Shown: positions 1 to 10,350 of the stretch, piece after piece | How the letters are laid out: each line of letters starts with the position of its first letter | Numbering within the stretch: the stretch's first letter is position 1 | NCBI GenBank assembly: GCA_035627515.1 | Contig: DASPLQ010000012.1 | Span: 263,269-327,268 of the forward strand | Direction of reading: 5' to 3' | Source of the DNA: Vitreimonas sp. | Lineage (GTDB): Bacteria; Patescibacteriota; Microgenomatia; UBA1400; PJMF01 | DNA length: 64,000 nucleotides | Made by a program: the position numbers and the translations under genes | The notes under the pieces: generated by a model | The model's database searches: none | Seen by the model: only the letters and a program-made list of their open reading frames with translations | Told to the model about the DNA's origin: nothing

Positions 1-594
1 CTCCAAGTTGAACAACCACTGCCCATTTTGGATGGACTTTTTGCCGACAAAACTCGGTTCGTGACGCGTTCCGTCGCTAATCATGTAAATGATATTTCAC
101 GAACCCATCCGGAGTTAGTAATCGCTACTTTGGAAAAATGGCGCCAATCGGGACTACAAGAACCTAATGAAATGAATTTTATTATCACTCATTCATTACG
201 AACGCTTATTAAACAAGGCTATCCACCTGCCCTGAACATGCTGGGTTTTTCAGATCAGGCTGCTGTGACTTTATCTGACTTTGTTTTATCTCCACCTGCT
301 GTAAAAATAGGAGAAACGTTGGAGTTTAGCTTTGTGATTACGAGCGAGTACACTCAAAAAGTGCTCATCGATTATGTGATTTACTTTCAAAATAAGCATG
401 GTCAAGCTGCAAGCAAAAAAGTCTTTAAATTAACTCAAGTTACGGTCACCAAAGGCCAGCCAGTAATAGTTCGTAAAAAGCATCCTTTTCGGGCTAATAT
501 GACCACACGTCAGCTTTACCCAGGTGAACATATTATGGAGATACAAATTAATGGCCTCAAACACGGCCGCCACATCTTCATGCTGACAACTTGA
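1..594 (+). CDS. DNA alkylation repair enzyme family protein (AlkD/HEAT-like), 5'-truncated by window edge
   Basis: Frame is open from base 1; motif 'FVTRSVANHVNDISRTHPE' and C-terminal 'LYPGEH...INGL' are typical of this family. Confidence 0.75.
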   Translation, partial: LQVEQPLPILDGLFADKTRFVTRSVANHVNDISRTHPELVIATLEKWRQSGLQEPNEMNFIITHSLRTLIKQGYPPALNMLGFSDQAAVTLSDFVLSPPAVKIGETLEFSFVITSEYTQKVLIDYVIYFQNKHGQAASKKVFKLTQVTVTKGQPVIVRKKHPFRANMTTRQLYPGEHIMEIQINGLKHGRHIFMLTT

Positions 595-604
595 TTTACC
601 TTTT

Positions 605-1591
605 CTAAAGAGAGCTGACTGAGCTAAAAAAATCAATAATTGTCCGGCTGGTATCAAATTCAGTGTCGTTGCGGCCAATAATCCAGGTGTGATCGACGCC
701 TTGCAAGGTGATTAAACCCACCACACTCCCCTGTTCACATTCGGAATAACTGGTAACACTAATGGCGCCTTTAAAAACTTCCGGCTCACCTTGGCACTTA
801 TTAAGTGTTGTCCATTTTTTGAGTGTTTGCTGAATAGGGATAATCGTGCCGGTCGTATCAGACAAAGCATAATCCATAAAAGGATCGTCTGTGCCCAGAA
901 TCATTAACATCGGCCGGGCTGTGAGTGGTTGGCAGGTATTAAGCACCTTTTCAGGCAAACTTGCCCCAACCGTGGCAAAACCTGCGAAGAGCTCAGGCTG
1001 TTCGCACGCTAAGTGATATACAAAAAAGCCTCCATTAGAAAAGCCAAGGGCAAAAACGTGCTGAGTATCCAGATTATATCGGCCTGCTAATTCGCTTAAA
1101 ATCTGTTTTGTAAAAGCTACGTCCCCACTCTCGGTGTCTGGCTTATCACTGAACACAAAGCGTTGATTAAGGCCTGTGGGATACACGACTAAGAAATTTT
1201 TTTGATCAGCTAGGCCAGAAAGCTGCGTAATTTCCTCCATCTCGGGACCTGTATTCCCTCGCCCATGAAAGGCAAACACTACGCCAATTTTGGCAGTTCG
1301 ATCATAGTTTTCAGGCACATGGAGCACATAACTACGTTCTACACCTTCTACCTTTATTACTTGTAAGGTTTTACTCTCTTGAAGATTTAGTTGACGCCTC
1401 TCTTCTGCTGCCTGTGGTGAAAGAGGCGGTGTAGATACCGCTGTATAAGGCACTTCAGCAACCGGCAACTGCCACTTTATACGTTGAGTATAAAGAAATA
1501 ACAGACCTGCGCCGATCAAAAATATCACCAACAACAACGGAGTCTTCAGTCCTAAAGATTTGGAATGGGGGTTTTTCACTCTCACCATCAT
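605..1591 (-). CDS. Membrane-anchored alpha/beta hydrolase, PHB depolymerase/LpqC-like esterase
   Basis: N-terminal TM; 'AFHGRG', nucleophile 'GFSNGG', 'GTDD' and 'HTW' catalytic motifs. Confidence 0.85.
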   Translation of the reverse strand: MMVRVKNPHSKSLGLKTPLLLVIFLIGAGLLFLYTQRIKWQLPVAEVPYTAVSTPPLSPQAAEERRQLNLQESKTLQVIKVEGVERSYVLHVPENYDRTAKIGVVFAFHGRGNTGPEMEEITQLSGLADQKNFLVVYPTGLNQRFVFSDKPDTESGDVAFTKQILSELAGRYNLDTQHVFALGFSNGGFFVYHLACEQPELFAGFATVGASLPEKVLNTCQPLTARPMLMILGTDDPFMDYALSDTTGTIIPIQQTLKKWTTLNKCQGEPEVFKGAISVTSYSECEQGSVVGLITLQGVDHTWIIGRNDTEFDTSRTIIDFFSSVSSL

Positions 1592-1600
1592 AGCTGACTG

Positions 1601-2452
1601 TTACTTCATCAGTAAGAGCCCGATCATGGCAATCACACTCCCGATCATCTTTCTCGATAAATCTTCCCGCTCATTGAGAAAAAGAGCCGCGGCAATAAAG
1701 ATCAGCACAATTTTGAAAGTTCCAATTGCAGACACCAAGCTCAGATTCCCTACAATGTAAATTAACGACACCCAAGATAAAGCTGATAAAAAGCGAACTC
1801 CACCAGTAATTAAGGTGTCGGTGGCTGTGTGACGCGATTTATTTTTAGTAATCAACGCCATTATTCCCAATCCTGCCCACTGTGCCCACCAACTTAACAA
1901 TGTGCCAGCACTAAAACCAGTCATTTTTTGTAAGGCTCGCTCAGCAGTCAGTAACACTCCCAACATCAGCCCACTGGCCACCATCATCAAAAAATATTTA
2001 TCGAACTGCAAACGGCCTAAATGATGTTTTTTTGAGATCAAAATAATGGCAATTAATAATAAAATGGTCCCCACTCCCTGTGTCAGGGTTAACCGTTCAT
2101 TCAGTGTTAATGACGCCAGCACTATGGTAATCGGGGTATAGATGTTACTAACTATAGTTGTAACACCAGCATCGACATGTTTTTGAGCCACATATGAACA
2201 AATCCAAAAACCCGCCCCAAACACGCCGCATAACCCAGCCAGAGCCCCTAAGATAAAGATATTGCCTCGGATTTCAAAAGGTTCAATTAACGGCAAAGAC
2301 ATCCCCAATACCACAATAATCGACATGACTTTAAAAGCAAAATCGATCTGCCCGCCTTCTTCACCATCACGATTAATCGCTAACCAACGCCGTTGCAAAG
2401 GCATCACGGTAGCAGCAAAAAAATAAAATAGGTAGGCAAGCAAAAGAGTCAT
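1601..2452 (-). CDS. EamA/DMT family transporter
   Basis: About 10 TM helices in two repeats, each ending in 'L.E.' (LNERL, LNERE). Confidence 0.8.
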   Translation of the reverse strand: MTLLLAYLFYFFAATVMPLQRRWLAINRDGEEGGQIDFAFKVMSIIVVLGMSLPLIEPFEIRGNIFILGALAGLCGVFGAGFWICSYVAQKHVDAGVTTIVSNIYTPITIVLASLTLNERLTLTQGVGTILLLIAIILISKKHHLGRLQFDKYFLMMVASGLMLGVLLTAERALQKMTGFSAGTLLSWWAQWAGLGIMALITKNKSRHTATDTLITGGVRFLSALSWVSLIYIVGNLSLVSAIGTFKIVLIFIAAALFLNEREDLSRKMIGSVIAMIGLLLMK

Positions 2453-2466
2453 GCGTTACTTCAACT

Positions 2467-3063
2467 TTAAAACGACCCAGTCTTCACTTCTCCAGCTCGT
2501 TGGTAGTTGGCTACGATCACGCCACTAGGGCTGGCTTTAGAGCTCTGCAATGTAAAAGCCGCAGGAATGACCCCATCGCTAAACAAGCGTTTGCCATTTC
2601 CCAGCACAACAGGGAAGATCTTTAACCATAGCTCATCCACTAAGTCATGTTTCAATAAGGTTTGAATCAAGTTGCCACTGCCATGAACTTGCAAATCAGG
2701 ACCATTTTGTGTTTTGAGCTTTTTGATTTCTTCGGCTACGTCGCCATTCAGAAAGACTGATTTTTCCCAATCATGTTTGGTGAGAGTGGTAGATGCCACA
2801 TACTTAGTAGCATTATTAATGCCTGCCCCATCTTCAGGGTGATCTGGCCAATACCCTGCAAAAATCTCAAACGTTTTTCTGCCGAGTAATAAATCAAACG
2901 GCTGGCCCATTTGTTCACCCATTGTCTGGCCCAGCACTTCATCAAAATATGGCACTGTCCAGCCACCATATTTAAAGTTGCCACTCGTATCTTCTTGAGG
3001 ACCACCAGGAGCCTGCATCACGCCATCCAAACTAATAAAAGAGAGAACAATAATTTTTCGCAT
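2467..3063 (-). CDS. Dihydrofolate reductase-like (RibD C-terminal domain) protein
   Basis: 'SLDGVMQAPGG', 'LLLGRKT', 'VHGSGNL', 'PVVLGNGKRLF'. Confidence 0.9.
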   Translation of the reverse strand: MRKIIVLSFISLDGVMQAPGGPQEDTSGNFKYGGWTVPYFDEVLGQTMGEQMGQPFDLLLGRKTFEIFAGYWPDHPEDGAGINNATKYVASTTLTKHDWEKSVFLNGDVAEEIKKLKTQNGPDLQVHGSGNLIQTLLKHDLVDELWLKIFPVVLGNGKRLFSDGVIPAAFTLQSSKASPSGVIVANYQRAGEVKTGSF

Positions 3064-3070
3064 ATGGCCT

Positions 3071-3099
3071 ATTGTAACGCAGTACTTTCAGGATGTGAA
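3071..3099 (-). promoter_or_regulatory. sigma70-type promoter of the DHFR-like gene, leaderless
   Basis: TTCACA-17 bp-TACAAT, 7 nt before the ATG at 3063. Confidence 0.55.
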
Positions 3100-3101
3100 A
3101 G

Positions 3102-4031
3102 CTATTTACAGCTCACACCTAGCTCTACAGAGCTCGTACAAAATTCCAGCTGCTGTATTTTGTTGTTAGCTCCATCAATGCGATACAGTGCCTTGCCACC
3201 ACCCCCGCCATCGCCTCCTCCACATTGGAAATACCATTGCTTAGTAGTAGTGAATTGCAAAGGGTGAAAACACGAAAAATATGCTAAGCCTGGAGTAGGT
3301 AACTCTGCCCATTGCGTAAACGAGTTATTTTCGATGACACCAAAAAAAGCTTTATTGCGACTGCCACCACCCCCAGCCCACTCTTCAAACTCTAGTAACT
3401 TCATTCCTGTGGCTGTGTCACAGGTCACAAAGGAGTTCACGTTTTTACCTGTACTGCTGGTAACTAACTGAGGTATTTTTAACAGTTCGGGGTCAGATAA
3501 TTGAGTGGCATTTGAGCCGTCGCTAGGATTAGTAAAATAAGCAAGTGATTCCAGAGGTCCACCCAAAATATAAGCTTCAGAACAATCAAGCCCCACCAGC
3601 TTAGTTTCATCAAGCTGGGTCATTTCTGAAGGATACGGCCTATTCACAAACCAGATTGCCGAACTATCAAATAACCTCTTTTTAAACTCTGCCACCGCTG
3701 GGCATTCCGCAAACTCGCAATTAGGACCAGTTCTGCCCACGGCACTGCCATCGGGGCACACTTTAGCATCCATAGTACAAATCACTTGATCGTTTTCTAG
3801 AGATGCTGAAGTAGGAGTGGGACTGACTGCAACTCGTATTTTAGAATTATCTGTAACTTGATTTGATAATGCACGCTGTCTTCCAAAATAGTATCCGCCA
3901 TAGGCCACTACCGGCAAAAGCATGAGAAGCCCTACCACTGCCACCTTTAATGAGTTGGAAGCAGCGGGAGACGAAGACACCACCTGAGTACTAAATGCAG
4001 GCTGAGAGTTGGGAGTCAGGGTTTTTTCCAT
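3102..4031 (-). CDS. Membrane-anchored surface protein with Cys-rich 'CTMDAKVCPDGS..CEF..CP' motif
   Basis: N-terminal anchor ending GGYYFG, Ser/Thr/Pro linker, short Cys motif. Confidence 0.7.
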   Translation of the reverse strand: MEKTLTPNSQPAFSTQVVSSSPAASNSLKVAVVGLLMLLPVVAYGGYYFGRQRALSNQVTDNSKIRVAVSPTPTSASLENDQVICTMDAKVCPDGSAVGRTGPNCEFAECPAVAEFKKRLFDSSAIWFVNRPYPSEMTQLDETKLVGLDCSEAYILGGPLESLAYFTNPSDGSNATQLSDPELLKIPQLVTSSTGKNVNSFVTCDTATGMKLLEFEEWAGGGGSRNKAFFGVIENNSFTQWAELPTPGLAYFSCFHPLQFTTTKQWYFQCGGGDGGGGGKALYRIDGANNKIQQLEFCTSSVELGVSCK

Positions 4032-4086
4032 ACATTCAGTATGGGAGATGGGCGGTGGAAAGTAAAGGTAAAACTCTCAAGAAAAG

Positions 4087-6375
4087 CTAATACTTATTTG
4101 AAGTGAATAAAATTTTGATTTTCCGTTTGCCCTTTTCAATCACTTGCACCATCATTAGGCTATTGAGTTCTCGCGTTTGCCAAAATATCGCGGCTGTTTC
4201 TTCCAAGATTTCATAAGCAGGGTTTTCTAAATAATTAACTGCTTTAGTTGTGAATTCTTCATAAGCCCCAGCGCCCGTTCTTTCGTCAGTCATATAGTCA
4301 TATAACGTGCTGGCAATTCTCTTCACGAAAAATTCAGGGTGAGCATCAATTGCAATCACTTCAATCTCACCTTTTTTGCCTTTTGGAGCTTCTATACTAT
4401 TTTTAATTGACTCGGCTAATTGGCGGATGACTTCCTCTTTGACATCACGATAGGTAGCATTTTCTGCTGCCAACCGGCGACACTCGCTGCGGATATTATT
4501 AAATGTCTCTACATTCAGCTCTTTGGTAAGTTGTAATTTCATGTATTCAACTAAGCGATCAGCAGCCTGCTTCACCGTTTGCACTTCTTCTCCACTGACA
4601 TTTTCTGAGAAAGGTGTTGCTTCCGCTTTTTGAATTTTTTGCTCTTCAATCGTTAATTCACCTTGAGAGAAGTCCAACACCACTGTTTTAGCTTCTAAAT
4701 TAACATCAATCAATAAGTGTCCTAACACTTTTTTACTGGAAGCTCCTGTCTCAACTATTTTATAAGAAACGATAATTGAGTCACCACCTACGTTCTCCTC
4801 AACAACCCGAGCTGCTGCCCTAGTGAGGACAGCTTGAATCTTGGAAAAATCATCGTCAGTTTGAAGAGCGCTATTAAGAATTTCAGCTAACTCCTTGCGT
4901 GAAGCTATCACCCGCTCTACCACTGCAGGCGAGACATTCAGGTTTTTAATCCAGTCCCCTAATCGGTCTTGTTCAAATGTAGCTAACTCAAAAGTTTGGT
5001 TACCAATTTGGCACACAAAGTAGGTGGGCTCATCTTCTTCTATTTCCTCAGCAGCCTTTCTAGCTGTAGTTACTGAAGAGGCCTCTCTGATTGGTCTCAA
5101 CTCCTCATCTCTTTTTCTTTTACGCTCTTGAGCCTCCGCCTCACGCTGAGCTTGTTCGGCATCTCTTTCAGCCTTAGCCTTAGCACGCAGGTGATTGATC
5201 CGCATGTTTTTTAAGCCGGTCAGCAAACCACTGACACCAACTAATTCAGCTAAAACAATTACAATTTCTGTAAACGGAATTTTGGCTCCCTCATCCGGCC
5301 GTAAACCTTTGAGCTGGCTATGATTAAAACCAAGTGTATGGGAAATAACTCCCGGACCTTCTTTTTGATACAGAGTCACTCTTTCTTTACCACCAGAAAA
5401 CTTAATATCGACCACTATTCTGCCCGTGGCCGCTGGGTTCAAAGGCATTTGCACATTATCAAATAGTGACTCCACAAAGCGACGTACTTCATCCGGCAAT
5501 GCATTGACATCATAAATAGTGGGACCATCAGACACACCTTCTACCTGCTCAGAACAGATGCGAATTTCCCACATTTCTTTAGTATTAGGACTCTCATAGG
5601 TAAATAGATACTCTTCAGCGCTGATTCTTCTCACAGCTACATCAGGTGGCACAAAAGAACAGACGCCATGTTTATCAAACAAAGCCTGGAGTTCTCTGAT
5701 CAGTTCTTCGTCAGAAAGAAAAGTGTAGATTGGATCATCATAACCGTCAGCTGTTTCAAGCAATATTTCTGATGACACTTCACCCATCATAGGGTTGACC
5801 GTGTAGTTTGTTAAAGTCGTATTGATATATTCCTCATCAAAGTAAGAGGGTTGAACTTCACCGGATGCCATAGGTTCACTGGCGGCTAACGTATTTAAAC
5901 TGTCACCATTGGCTAATGCCAACAACTGATTATGAAAGGAGGGAACCTTGACTGTGTAATCCCCTGTCAGGCGGGTTCGTTCGTAGGTTATTCCACACCG
6001 CATGCCCTTGGGTAAAAAGGCCACCATTTTCCCTGTTTTGTCATATAGCGGGATCCCCATAAACACTAACCGGGCATCGGGACCATAGGTTTCTTTACAA
6101 CTTTGAATAACATTGGCAATTTCTTTTACATTCTGGTTCTTCAGGTAGGGCCTAACATAATCCCGGATGAAGTCTTTCTCTATTTGTGTCAGGTAGGGTG
6201 ATTTACTTAACTCAGCTTCTATAGTCTGTTGGGATACATGACCGTACTCTTTATGTACGTCTTGTTCAGAAATCGCGATGCCAATCAGTGGTACTCCAAC
6301 CATTAAGCCCACTCCACCCACTGCATAAGCTATATCTCTTCGTGTATTTTTCTCAACTTGTTTTCCCATACACAT
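4087..6375 (-). CDS. Hypothetical two-TM protein with charged coiled coil and large C-terminal domain
   Basis: 762-aa ORF; hydrophobic segments near aa 15-35 and 370-388; EAQ/ERKR-rich coil. Confidence 0.7.
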   Translation of the reverse strand: MCMGKQVEKNTRRDIAYAVGGVGLMVGVPLIGIAISEQDVHKEYGHVSQQTIEAELSKSPYLTQIEKDFIRDYVRPYLKNQNVKEIANVIQSCKETYGPDARLVFMGIPLYDKTGKMVAFLPKGMRCGITYERTRLTGDYTVKVPSFHNQLLALANGDSLNTLAASEPMASGEVQPSYFDEEYINTTLTNYTVNPMMGEVSSEILLETADGYDDPIYTFLSDEELIRELQALFDKHGVCSFVPPDVAVRRISAEEYLFTYESPNTKEMWEIRICSEQVEGVSDGPTIYDVNALPDEVRRFVESLFDNVQMPLNPAATGRIVVDIKFSGGKERVTLYQKEGPGVISHTLGFNHSQLKGLRPDEGAKIPFTEIVIVLAELVGVSGLLTGLKNMRINHLRAKAKAERDAEQAQREAEAQERKRKRDEELRPIREASSVTTARKAAEEIEEDEPTYFVCQIGNQTFELATFEQDRLGDWIKNLNVSPAVVERVIASRKELAEILNSALQTDDDFSKIQAVLTRAAARVVEENVGGDSIIVSYKIVETGASSKKVLGHLLIDVNLEAKTVVLDFSQGELTIEEQKIQKAEATPFSENVSGEEVQTVKQAADRLVEYMKLQLTKELNVETFNNIRSECRRLAAENATYRDVKEEVIRQLAESIKNSIEAPKGKKGEIEVIAIDAHPEFFVKRIASTLYDYMTDERTGAGAYEEFTTKAVNYLENPAYEILEETAAIFWQTRELNSLMMVQVIEKGKRKIKILFTSNKY

Positions 6376-6435
6376 TCATTATATCAGTGGTGGCAAGTTA
6401 GAAGGGATTTGGAGATTAGTTTAAGAGGTAGAGAT

Positions 6436-7050
6436 CTAGTTCTTATCCCACTTAAAAGATTCAATTACCTCAGCAAAAACCTGCGATTCTTCTCGCACGT
6501 CAGATAAAGGTGCATTATCTTCATAATCAAACCAGAATCTCATGATTTGATGCGGGCTCGTCTGAGGGTTAACGACATAATAAGTGATAGTATTGCTAAT
6601 TTGACTGTGACTTGAAAGAACTCGCTCGAAAATATGAAATTCTGTCGGCGTGTCTTTGAGAACAACACGCTTTTCCTCATTTTTAAATTGAGGTGCTTGA
6701 GTGGCTTGATGGTTGGCAAATAACCGTTTATCCAACTCAAGGTCATGTGAACTGAGTTGCATCTGAATATAAAGCGTTTTAGTTTTAGTTTCCCCGGGTT
6801 TTGAAAAGCTAAGATACCATGAGCCCAGTGGCCGCTCGCGTTCTAACGCTTCCCAACCCTGTGGGTAACAAAAACTAAATTTTACGTGCCCATTATCTTT
6901 ACTGTAGAGCATAGTAGACGGTGGACAAACTGTTTCCGAATTTTGGGACACTCCCCTTTTCTTTTGCAGGCAAAGTACAACTAATGAAATCACCACCATT
7001 ACGACAATTGCACCTAATAAAAAACGTAGCTGAGTTTTTTTCATTGTCAT
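6436..7050 (-). CDS. Membrane-anchored PsbP/DcrB-like fold protein
   Basis: N-terminal TM; 'FSFCYPQGW' and terminal 'FAEVIESFKW'. Confidence 0.6.
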   Translation of the reverse strand: MTMKKTQLRFLLGAIVVMVVISLVVLCLQKKRGVSQNSETVCPPSTMLYSKDNGHVKFSFCYPQGWEALERERPLGSWYLSFSKPGETKTKTLYIQMQLSSHDLELDKRLFANHQATQAPQFKNEEKRVVLKDTPTEFHIFERVLSSHSQISNTITYYVVNPQTSPHQIMRFWFDYEDNAPLSDVREESQVFAEVIESFKWDKN

Positions 7051-7871
7051 TGTTTACGTAAGGTAAAGCTTTTCACCACTTCATCCACAATAGGTAGCTC
7101 ACTCTCATTACTGGTTCGGACTGTAATCTCCACGGGTTTGAAGTAGTGCTCGTTGGCGTTTGATTTGACAGTCACATCGCGGCTGAGCTGTTCTTTTACA
7201 TCCACTGACTGCCCGGGGTCGGTCAGCACTCGGCCATATGCATAACTACCTGACGTGGAATCTACATACCGGACAATATAAATATCACTGCTATCATCAG
7301 CTGGTTCTGGAAGCTTAGTGACTGTCACTGTTTGCGGAGGAATAGGTAGATAAGTACCCGTCCAGCCATCACAATACATCTTTATTTCCACCTCAGTCCC
7401 TGCTAGTGAACTAAGTGCGTAATCTTCACAACCTTGTTTGGGATCATCACTTTCATGCCTGCCTGCTATTTTCTCAAGGTTCCACCCCGCAGGATACTTG
7501 AAACCGAATGTGTAGTTAGTCAACCCACCCATTGTATTGGCCTTAATAGCCAACTGGTGTTGTGTCCAATTGGTAGCTGAAGCACCCGGCGTGGAGGTAG
7601 GTTGAATGGCAGTAATTTCAGAGTGAGGAATGAGTTGTGAACTTGGGCTGGGATTAGCTTGGTTAGTAACAACGGGTCTCGAAACACTTTCTAAAACTTG
7701 AGTACTGAGAACACTTTTTTTACCTAAATAGTATCCACCGCCAGCAGCAATCGGCAAAAGCAGTAACAAACCTACTACAGCTATTTTCAACGTCTGTGCA
7801 GAAACTAAGGAAATTGTGGGCACTTGAGATTCCGATTCAGATTCTAAATTTTGAAGCGTGTTATCTTCCAT
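7047..7871 (-). CDS. Membrane-anchored PsbP-like surface protein; N-terminus paralogous to 3102..4031
   Basis: 'LKIAVVGLLLLLP..GGYYLG', 'FKYPAGW', terminal 'DEVVKSF'. Confidence 0.65.
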   Translation of the reverse strand: MEDNTLQNLESESESQVPTISLVSAQTLKIAVVGLLLLLPIAAGGGYYLGKKSVLSTQVLESVSRPVVTNQANPSPSSQLIPHSEITAIQPTSTPGASATNWTQHQLAIKANTMGGLTNYTFGFKYPAGWNLEKIAGRHESDDPKQGCEDYALSSLAGTEVEIKMYCDGWTGTYLPIPPQTVTVTKLPEPADDSSDIYIVRYVDSTSGSYAYGRVLTDPGQSVDVKEQLSRDVTVKSNANEHYFKPVEITVRTSNESELPIVDEVVKSFTLRKQ

Positions 7872-7964
7872 GAATTAAGTATGGAAGATGGGCGCTGGAA
7901 AGTAAAGCTGCCTCTTAAGCAGCACAGAACTCGGCTTAACTTTATCTCACTATAGCTAAAAAAA

Positions 7965-8573
7965 TTAATGGGAAGCCTTATTTTTTACCCAAATTAACGT
8001 CCTAACAACTACCCATATTAGTATAATGAAGTCGCATATTTTGGCTGGTATCATCATTATTTGCTGAGAAACAACAATCCCTTTTAGTAAGTAGGGATGA
8101 ACTTTTATTCGTAACCGAGGCTCAAGTGAGGTAACCCACTCTTCTACGGCTTTTACTTCTAATTCCATACTACAGATTTCGTGATACGGGCAATTAATTC
8201 GAGCAATCTCATAATGTAATACCTGGGAAACCCCACTCATTCTCAAAGTATTCAGTTCACCCTGGCCAATAACCTGCTGATTACTCTTTACTTTCCACAA
8301 TAAATGAACGGGTAACTGCTCGTCATTGCCTTCAAATTGATTCACCAACAATTCAACTTCGTGAGTAAACTTCAGCTTACTGAGGCTTAAATCTTTAGGA
8401 GGAACATCACCGGTAAAACTTACTTCAAACTTCTGCCCAGTTTGTAAGTTCCAAGGCACATTTTGGGGCACAAGGCTATATCTAAGACCTTGTTGATTAG
8501 AAAGATAACGAAAGGTAAGGCCGGCAAGTAAAATAAAACTAAAGATAAAATACTCAAAATACTTTTTTTTCAT
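7965..8573 (-). CDS. Hypothetical membrane protein (N- and C-terminal TM)
   Basis: 202-aa ORF with hydrophobic ends. Confidence 0.6.
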   Translation of the reverse strand: MKKKYFEYFIFSFILLAGLTFRYLSNQQGLRYSLVPQNVPWNLQTGQKFEVSFTGDVPPKDLSLSKLKFTHEVELLVNQFEGNDEQLPVHLLWKVKSNQQVIGQGELNTLRMSGVSQVLHYEIARINCPYHEICSMELEVKAVEEWVTSLEPRLRIKVHPYLLKGIVVSQQIMMIPAKICDFIILIWVVVRTLIWVKNKASH

Positions 8574-8600
8574 GGTCTGTTCCTCAAAACTCTACCGTCT

Positions 8601-9272
8601 TCAAACAACCCGCTGCCGATAACGAGCAACGTCTTCTAGGCTGAGATTTAAAGCTTGAGCCAACATTGACATAAACCGATCCCAATCAAATCCAACTGGA
8701 TCAACTTTATAATCTTCACGAATATCTGGACCTGAAACTTCAGAGTGACCCAAAATGTTTTCAATTGGATGTTTTGCTAGTAATTGAGCTATCAAACCGA
8801 CCAAGGCCAAATACTGGTCATCGGTGAAATCAGTATCTGGATAATCCATGATTTCTATTCCCAGTGAGTTATGGTTTAACCCCACAATCGCCTCCCCTTC
8901 TTCAAGTCTAGGCAAAGCACTTTTACCTGCATGCCAAGCCTTCCTTTCATCCTGTACCATCTGATAAACAACTAAGTCACCCTTTTCGTCTCTCGCCTCC
9001 CTGGGGATAAAGTAGTGGCATGACAGGCCTAACTTTTCTAAATAATTTTTTGCCTCATACACATCAGCACTAGCTTCACCACTTTCATGAGCGAACCCGG
9101 GTATATGCATTGAATGAATTAAAACCGTATGCGGGTTACTCAGAGAGCCTATGTCGTCATGAGCAAAGTAAGTATAGTGTGGATAATATGTATTCTCCGC
9201 TACAGTGTCTCCATCTTTAACAGTGGGTGTATAGTCATTAAACGTTTTTATGATTATCTCAGGCTTTGCCAT
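8601..9272 (-). CDS. N-acetylmuramoyl-L-alanine amidase (AmpD/Amidase_2 type)
   Basis: 'SCHYFI', 'KAWHAGKS', 'NHNSLGIE', 'GHSEV', 'KVDP'. Confidence 0.9.
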   Translation of the reverse strand: MAKPEIIIKTFNDYTPTVKDGDTVAENTYYPHYTYFAHDDIGSLSNPHTVLIHSMHIPGFAHESGEASADVYEAKNYLEKLGLSCHYFIPREARDEKGDLVVYQMVQDERKAWHAGKSALPRLEEGEAIVGLNHNSLGIEIMDYPDTDFTDDQYLALVGLIAQLLAKHPIENILGHSEVSGPDIREDYKVDPVGFDWDRFMSMLAQALNLSLEDVARYRQRVV

Positions 9273-9273
9273 G

Positions 9274-9828
9274 TTAAGTTGATTTTAACAGCTTCAGCCA
9301 AAAATGTAATTGTTCCAGCATGATGGTAGCTTTTTGCGTATATTTATCATGATTGCTAGTGGCCACAAACTCCCAAATTGGCAGAGCCACCTGTTCGCGA
9401 ATGGGCAACATTTGTAATTCGATAGCCACCAATCTCATTTGTTCGACTGCTCTAATTCCCCCATCAGTTCCATATCCCACAAAGGCAATCGGTTTGTTAT
9501 TCCACTCTGTATATAAGTGATCAAAGGCGTTTTTAACTACCGCCGGATATCCTCGATTGTATTCAGGAAGCAAGACAATATATCCATCGAAATTTTCAAT
9601 TTTTTTGCTCCATTTTTGTATGACTTCTTGCGTATAGTTTTTTTCAGTGGGAAAAGCTGGCTCATTAAATAAGGGAATGTCCCAAGTTTGTAAATCTAAT
9701 ACTTCAAATTCTATTCCAGAATAATTTTTATAGATGGTTTCGAACCATGCTAAAACTTTGTCAGCGTTCCTACCCGGCCGAGTGCTGCCTACAATGATAG
9801 CAATCTGTGGTTTTTTATTTGTGGTCAT
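9274..9828 (-). CDS. NADPH-dependent FMN reductase
   Basis: 'GSTRPGR', 'PEYNRGYPAVVKNAFD', 'VGYG..GG.RAVEQ'. Confidence 0.9.
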   Translation of the reverse strand: MTTNKKPQIAIIVGSTRPGRNADKVLAWFETIYKNYSGIEFEVLDLQTWDIPLFNEPAFPTEKNYTQEVIQKWSKKIENFDGYIVLLPEYNRGYPAVVKNAFDHLYTEWNNKPIAFVGYGTDGGIRAVEQMRLVAIELQMLPIREQVALPIWEFVATSNHDKYTQKATIMLEQLHFWLKLLKST

Positions 9829-9918
9829 AGAGAACCTCCATCAATTAATCAGAATTGAATAATAAAGGCTACATGGCTATAATGGGAAGTACGCACAAAT
9901 TTGTAATATACACACCAT

Positions 9919-10290
9919 ATGGAATGTAAAACTTTTGATCTCAAACAACTGTATTGCCCTACACGAGATATTATTGATTTAATTGGTGATCGCTGGTCCA
10001 TCATTACTATTCATGCACTTGAGGATAATGTGCTTCGCTATAATGAAATTCAACGTCGAGTGGAAGGTATCAGCCAAAAAGTTCTTACCCACACTCTCAG
10101 AAATCTAGAAAAAAATGGTCTTCTAAAAAGAAAAATTTATCCCGTTATCCCCCCCAAGGTTGAGTACTCACTTACCCCCCTAGGTAAATCACTGATTCCC
10201 GTTTTTATGACCATGACTCAGTGGGCCGAACAAAATTTTACAGCCATTGAAGAAGCCCGTGCTACTTTTAATACGAGTTCTGAAGAGTGA
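9919..10290 (+). CDS. HxlR-family winged-helix transcriptional regulator
   Basis: 'GDRWS', 'GISQKVLT..LR.LE', 'PPKVEYSLT..G'; divergent from the FMN reductase. Confidence 0.9.
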   Translation: MECKTFDLKQLYCPTRDIIDLIGDRWSIITIHALEDNVLRYNEIQRRVEGISQKVLTHTLRNLEKNGLLKRKIYPVIPPKVEYSLTPLGKSLIPVFMTMTQWAEQNFTAIEEARATFNTSSEE

Positions 10291-10350
10291 AACAGGTGTG
10301 AGGTGGTAATGAATGGTGGAAAGCTTGAAACCTATTTTATATTCTTAATC

